DNA of 64,000 nucleotides from Trichosphaerium sp. ATCC 40318. Taxonomy: Eukaryota; Protista; Tubulinea. The stretch lies in the NCBI GenBank assembly GCA_038496445.1, contig JALMLS010000277.1, positions 248,001 to 312,000 on the forward strand, in the 5' to 3' direction. The notes under the pieces are model-generated. The model was not told the DNA's origin, did no database searches, and worked only from the letters and a program-made list of their open reading frames with translations. The translations under genes and the position numbers were made by a program. Shown here piece after piece: positions 62,401-64,000 of the stretch. Each line of letters opens with the position of its first letter. Positions within the stretch are counted from its first letter, which is position 1.

Positions 62401-64000
62401 ATGGCTAGATCTAGAGTACCTGCCCTTGCGCGAAAAAAGACAAGGTAAAAACAAATTTAAGTTATTTAACCTTGTTGCTTCCTTCTTATAATATCTAAAT
62501 TCCGTACTAATTATGGTTTAATTAGATCAAAACCTACATCAGCATTATTCTCAAAGAATAAGAAAAAGGGGAAGAAAAAGAAAGCTGGTGCTTCTCCAAG
62601 AAGCCGTAGCATGCAATCAAGACAGGAGAATGAATCTAGTATAGATCCGTTTGCTGCAGCACCTCCTCCACAAGCGAATGCTTTTGACTTGCTTTCACCA
62701 CAATCAGCTCCACCCTCAATGTCGTACGCAGCGTCATACGGAGCGCCTCCAGCGCCTGCCGCGGCTCCAATGGCATCGTATGGGTACGGCCAGCAACAGC
62801 AACAACAGCAAATGCCGCCACCACCACCAGGAGCTTCATTCGGTTATGCTGCATCTCAGCCGAGAGTTCCTCCACCAGCTAACCCTTACTACTTGACGAA
62901 CTCCTTAAATAAGTCAGCCCAGGTCCAACGTGGTTATGTCCCACCAAGTAACTACTACCCACCTGTGAACCAACCTGTGAGAAGACCTGTTAGCAGACCT
63001 GTTAGCAATCAAACTCCTAAGAAAGAGACCAGTACGTAACTCTTATTGAACCTTCTCTTTTAGAAACTTACAATGGTTTTTCTTTATAGGTATTGTGCGC
63101 GTGTTTGCTCATAGCGCGAAGAAGAAAAAACCTACTGAAGATAGAACTGACTTTAGAGAGACTGTTTACTGGGCCTCAGGATTACTCACAGATTCTAATG
63201 GTCGTGTTACTGTTACTTTTAATCTATCAGAGAGTGTTACTGGATTTAAAGTAATGGTTGATGCTATGGATAGACGAGGACGTGGTGGTGCACTTGGTAA
63301 GCACAAAACAAAAAAAAAAAGAAAATGGTTGTATGGTTACTAACTGATTTTTGACAATAGGCGCTACTGATCACCTAATTAAATGTGTTGAACCTTTCTC
63401 TGCTGATCCTAAGGTTCCTATGGAGGTTTCTGCAGGCGATACTATAATGTTACCTGTCACTCTTGTGAATTCTACAGAACAGCATATAAATGGTGGTTCT
63501 ATTGAAGTTTGGGCTGGTTCTGGTCTTGATCTTGATCCAGATACAAATAAACATCAAGGTATTAATATTCCACCAGATACAAATGTTAGAAGGATTGTGC
63601 CTGTTGTCGTTCAAGATGTTCCTCTTGAAACTGAAGTAAAAGTTATCGCAAAGGCTGAAGGTGGTTATCAAGATAACATTGTTCGAAAGATCAGAGTAGC
63701 TCCATTGGTACGTTGTGTCTTTTTTCTTCTTTTTTTCTTTATTTTTTTTCAGTTTGTTTTGTGGTCTGTTGCGTTGTAAATGTACTTACCTGTTATTATT
63801 TATAGGGTTTCCCAAAATCATTCGGTGATGCTGGAAGCGTTTCACGTGGTAAAGTCCAAGAATTCCAGATCAATATCCCTAAAAACGTTGTACCTAACAC
63901 AGTTACAACTTCTGTACGTTCTTTTTTTTTGTGATGCTTTTTTGGTCTACAACGCTAACTCGCTTGTTGTATAGACGACTTTCTATGTATCTCCTGCAGC
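59443..64000 (+). CDS. Alpha-2-macroglobulin/TEP-like protein (MG2, A2M domains), 3' end beyond window
   Basis: ATDKPLYKPGET; DFYPESGHLV.G; HEGRG; AERLVFR; DLLLGTQGWRQF; low-complexity bait-like insert; RTDFRETVYW...F.LSESVTGF; PFSADPKVPMEVSAGD. Confidence 0.85.

Noticed and set aside
1-64000. Alternative genetic code suggested by the many short ORFs
   Set aside because: Stops examined fall inside introns, and TAA, TAG and TGA all terminate conserved genes.
1-64000. Introner-type repeated introns or U12 (AT-AC) introns
   Set aside because: Introns compared by eye share only donor and acceptor motifs, and no RTATCCTT donors were needed. Not an exhaustive alignment.

Overview
Gene-dense, AT-rich (roughly 35% GC by eye) eukaryotic nuclear DNA, not prokaryotic or viral. 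I reconstructed about 26 protein-coding genes by hand-splicing, nearly all split by many short introns (mostly 40-100 nt). The dominant donor is GTACG, and an unusually large minority of donors are GC (mostly GCACGT). Donor style and gene content (LRR-dual-specificity phosphatase, mucolipin, ependymin-like protein, A2M-like protein) suggest a phagotrophic amoeboid protist, probably an amoebozoan; this is inference. Recognisable genes: Aurora-like kinase, hnRNP R/Q-like RRM protein, RPN2, divergent AP-1 mu, Rab, TRPML, THADA/Trm732, Methyltransf_16 protein, HAUS7, class-V aminotransferase, G-alpha, PPR protein. The most striking item is a fully intronised gene with no signal peptide whose coiled-coil protein ends in a domain resembling the T-even phage gp38 / prophage tail-tip adhesin (polyglycine sandwich). 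Other notable items: a Rab1-like GTPase with N-terminal MGC acylation and no C-terminal prenyl cysteines; a G-alpha lacking its catalytic Arg; a Crinkler/FunK1-type REase-kinase; a TPR-ankyrin-PARP-like protein; and a signal-less A2M-like protein. No tRNA, rRNA, CRISPR array or intact transposon was recognised. All gene models and homologies are by eye and need database and RNA-seq confirmation.
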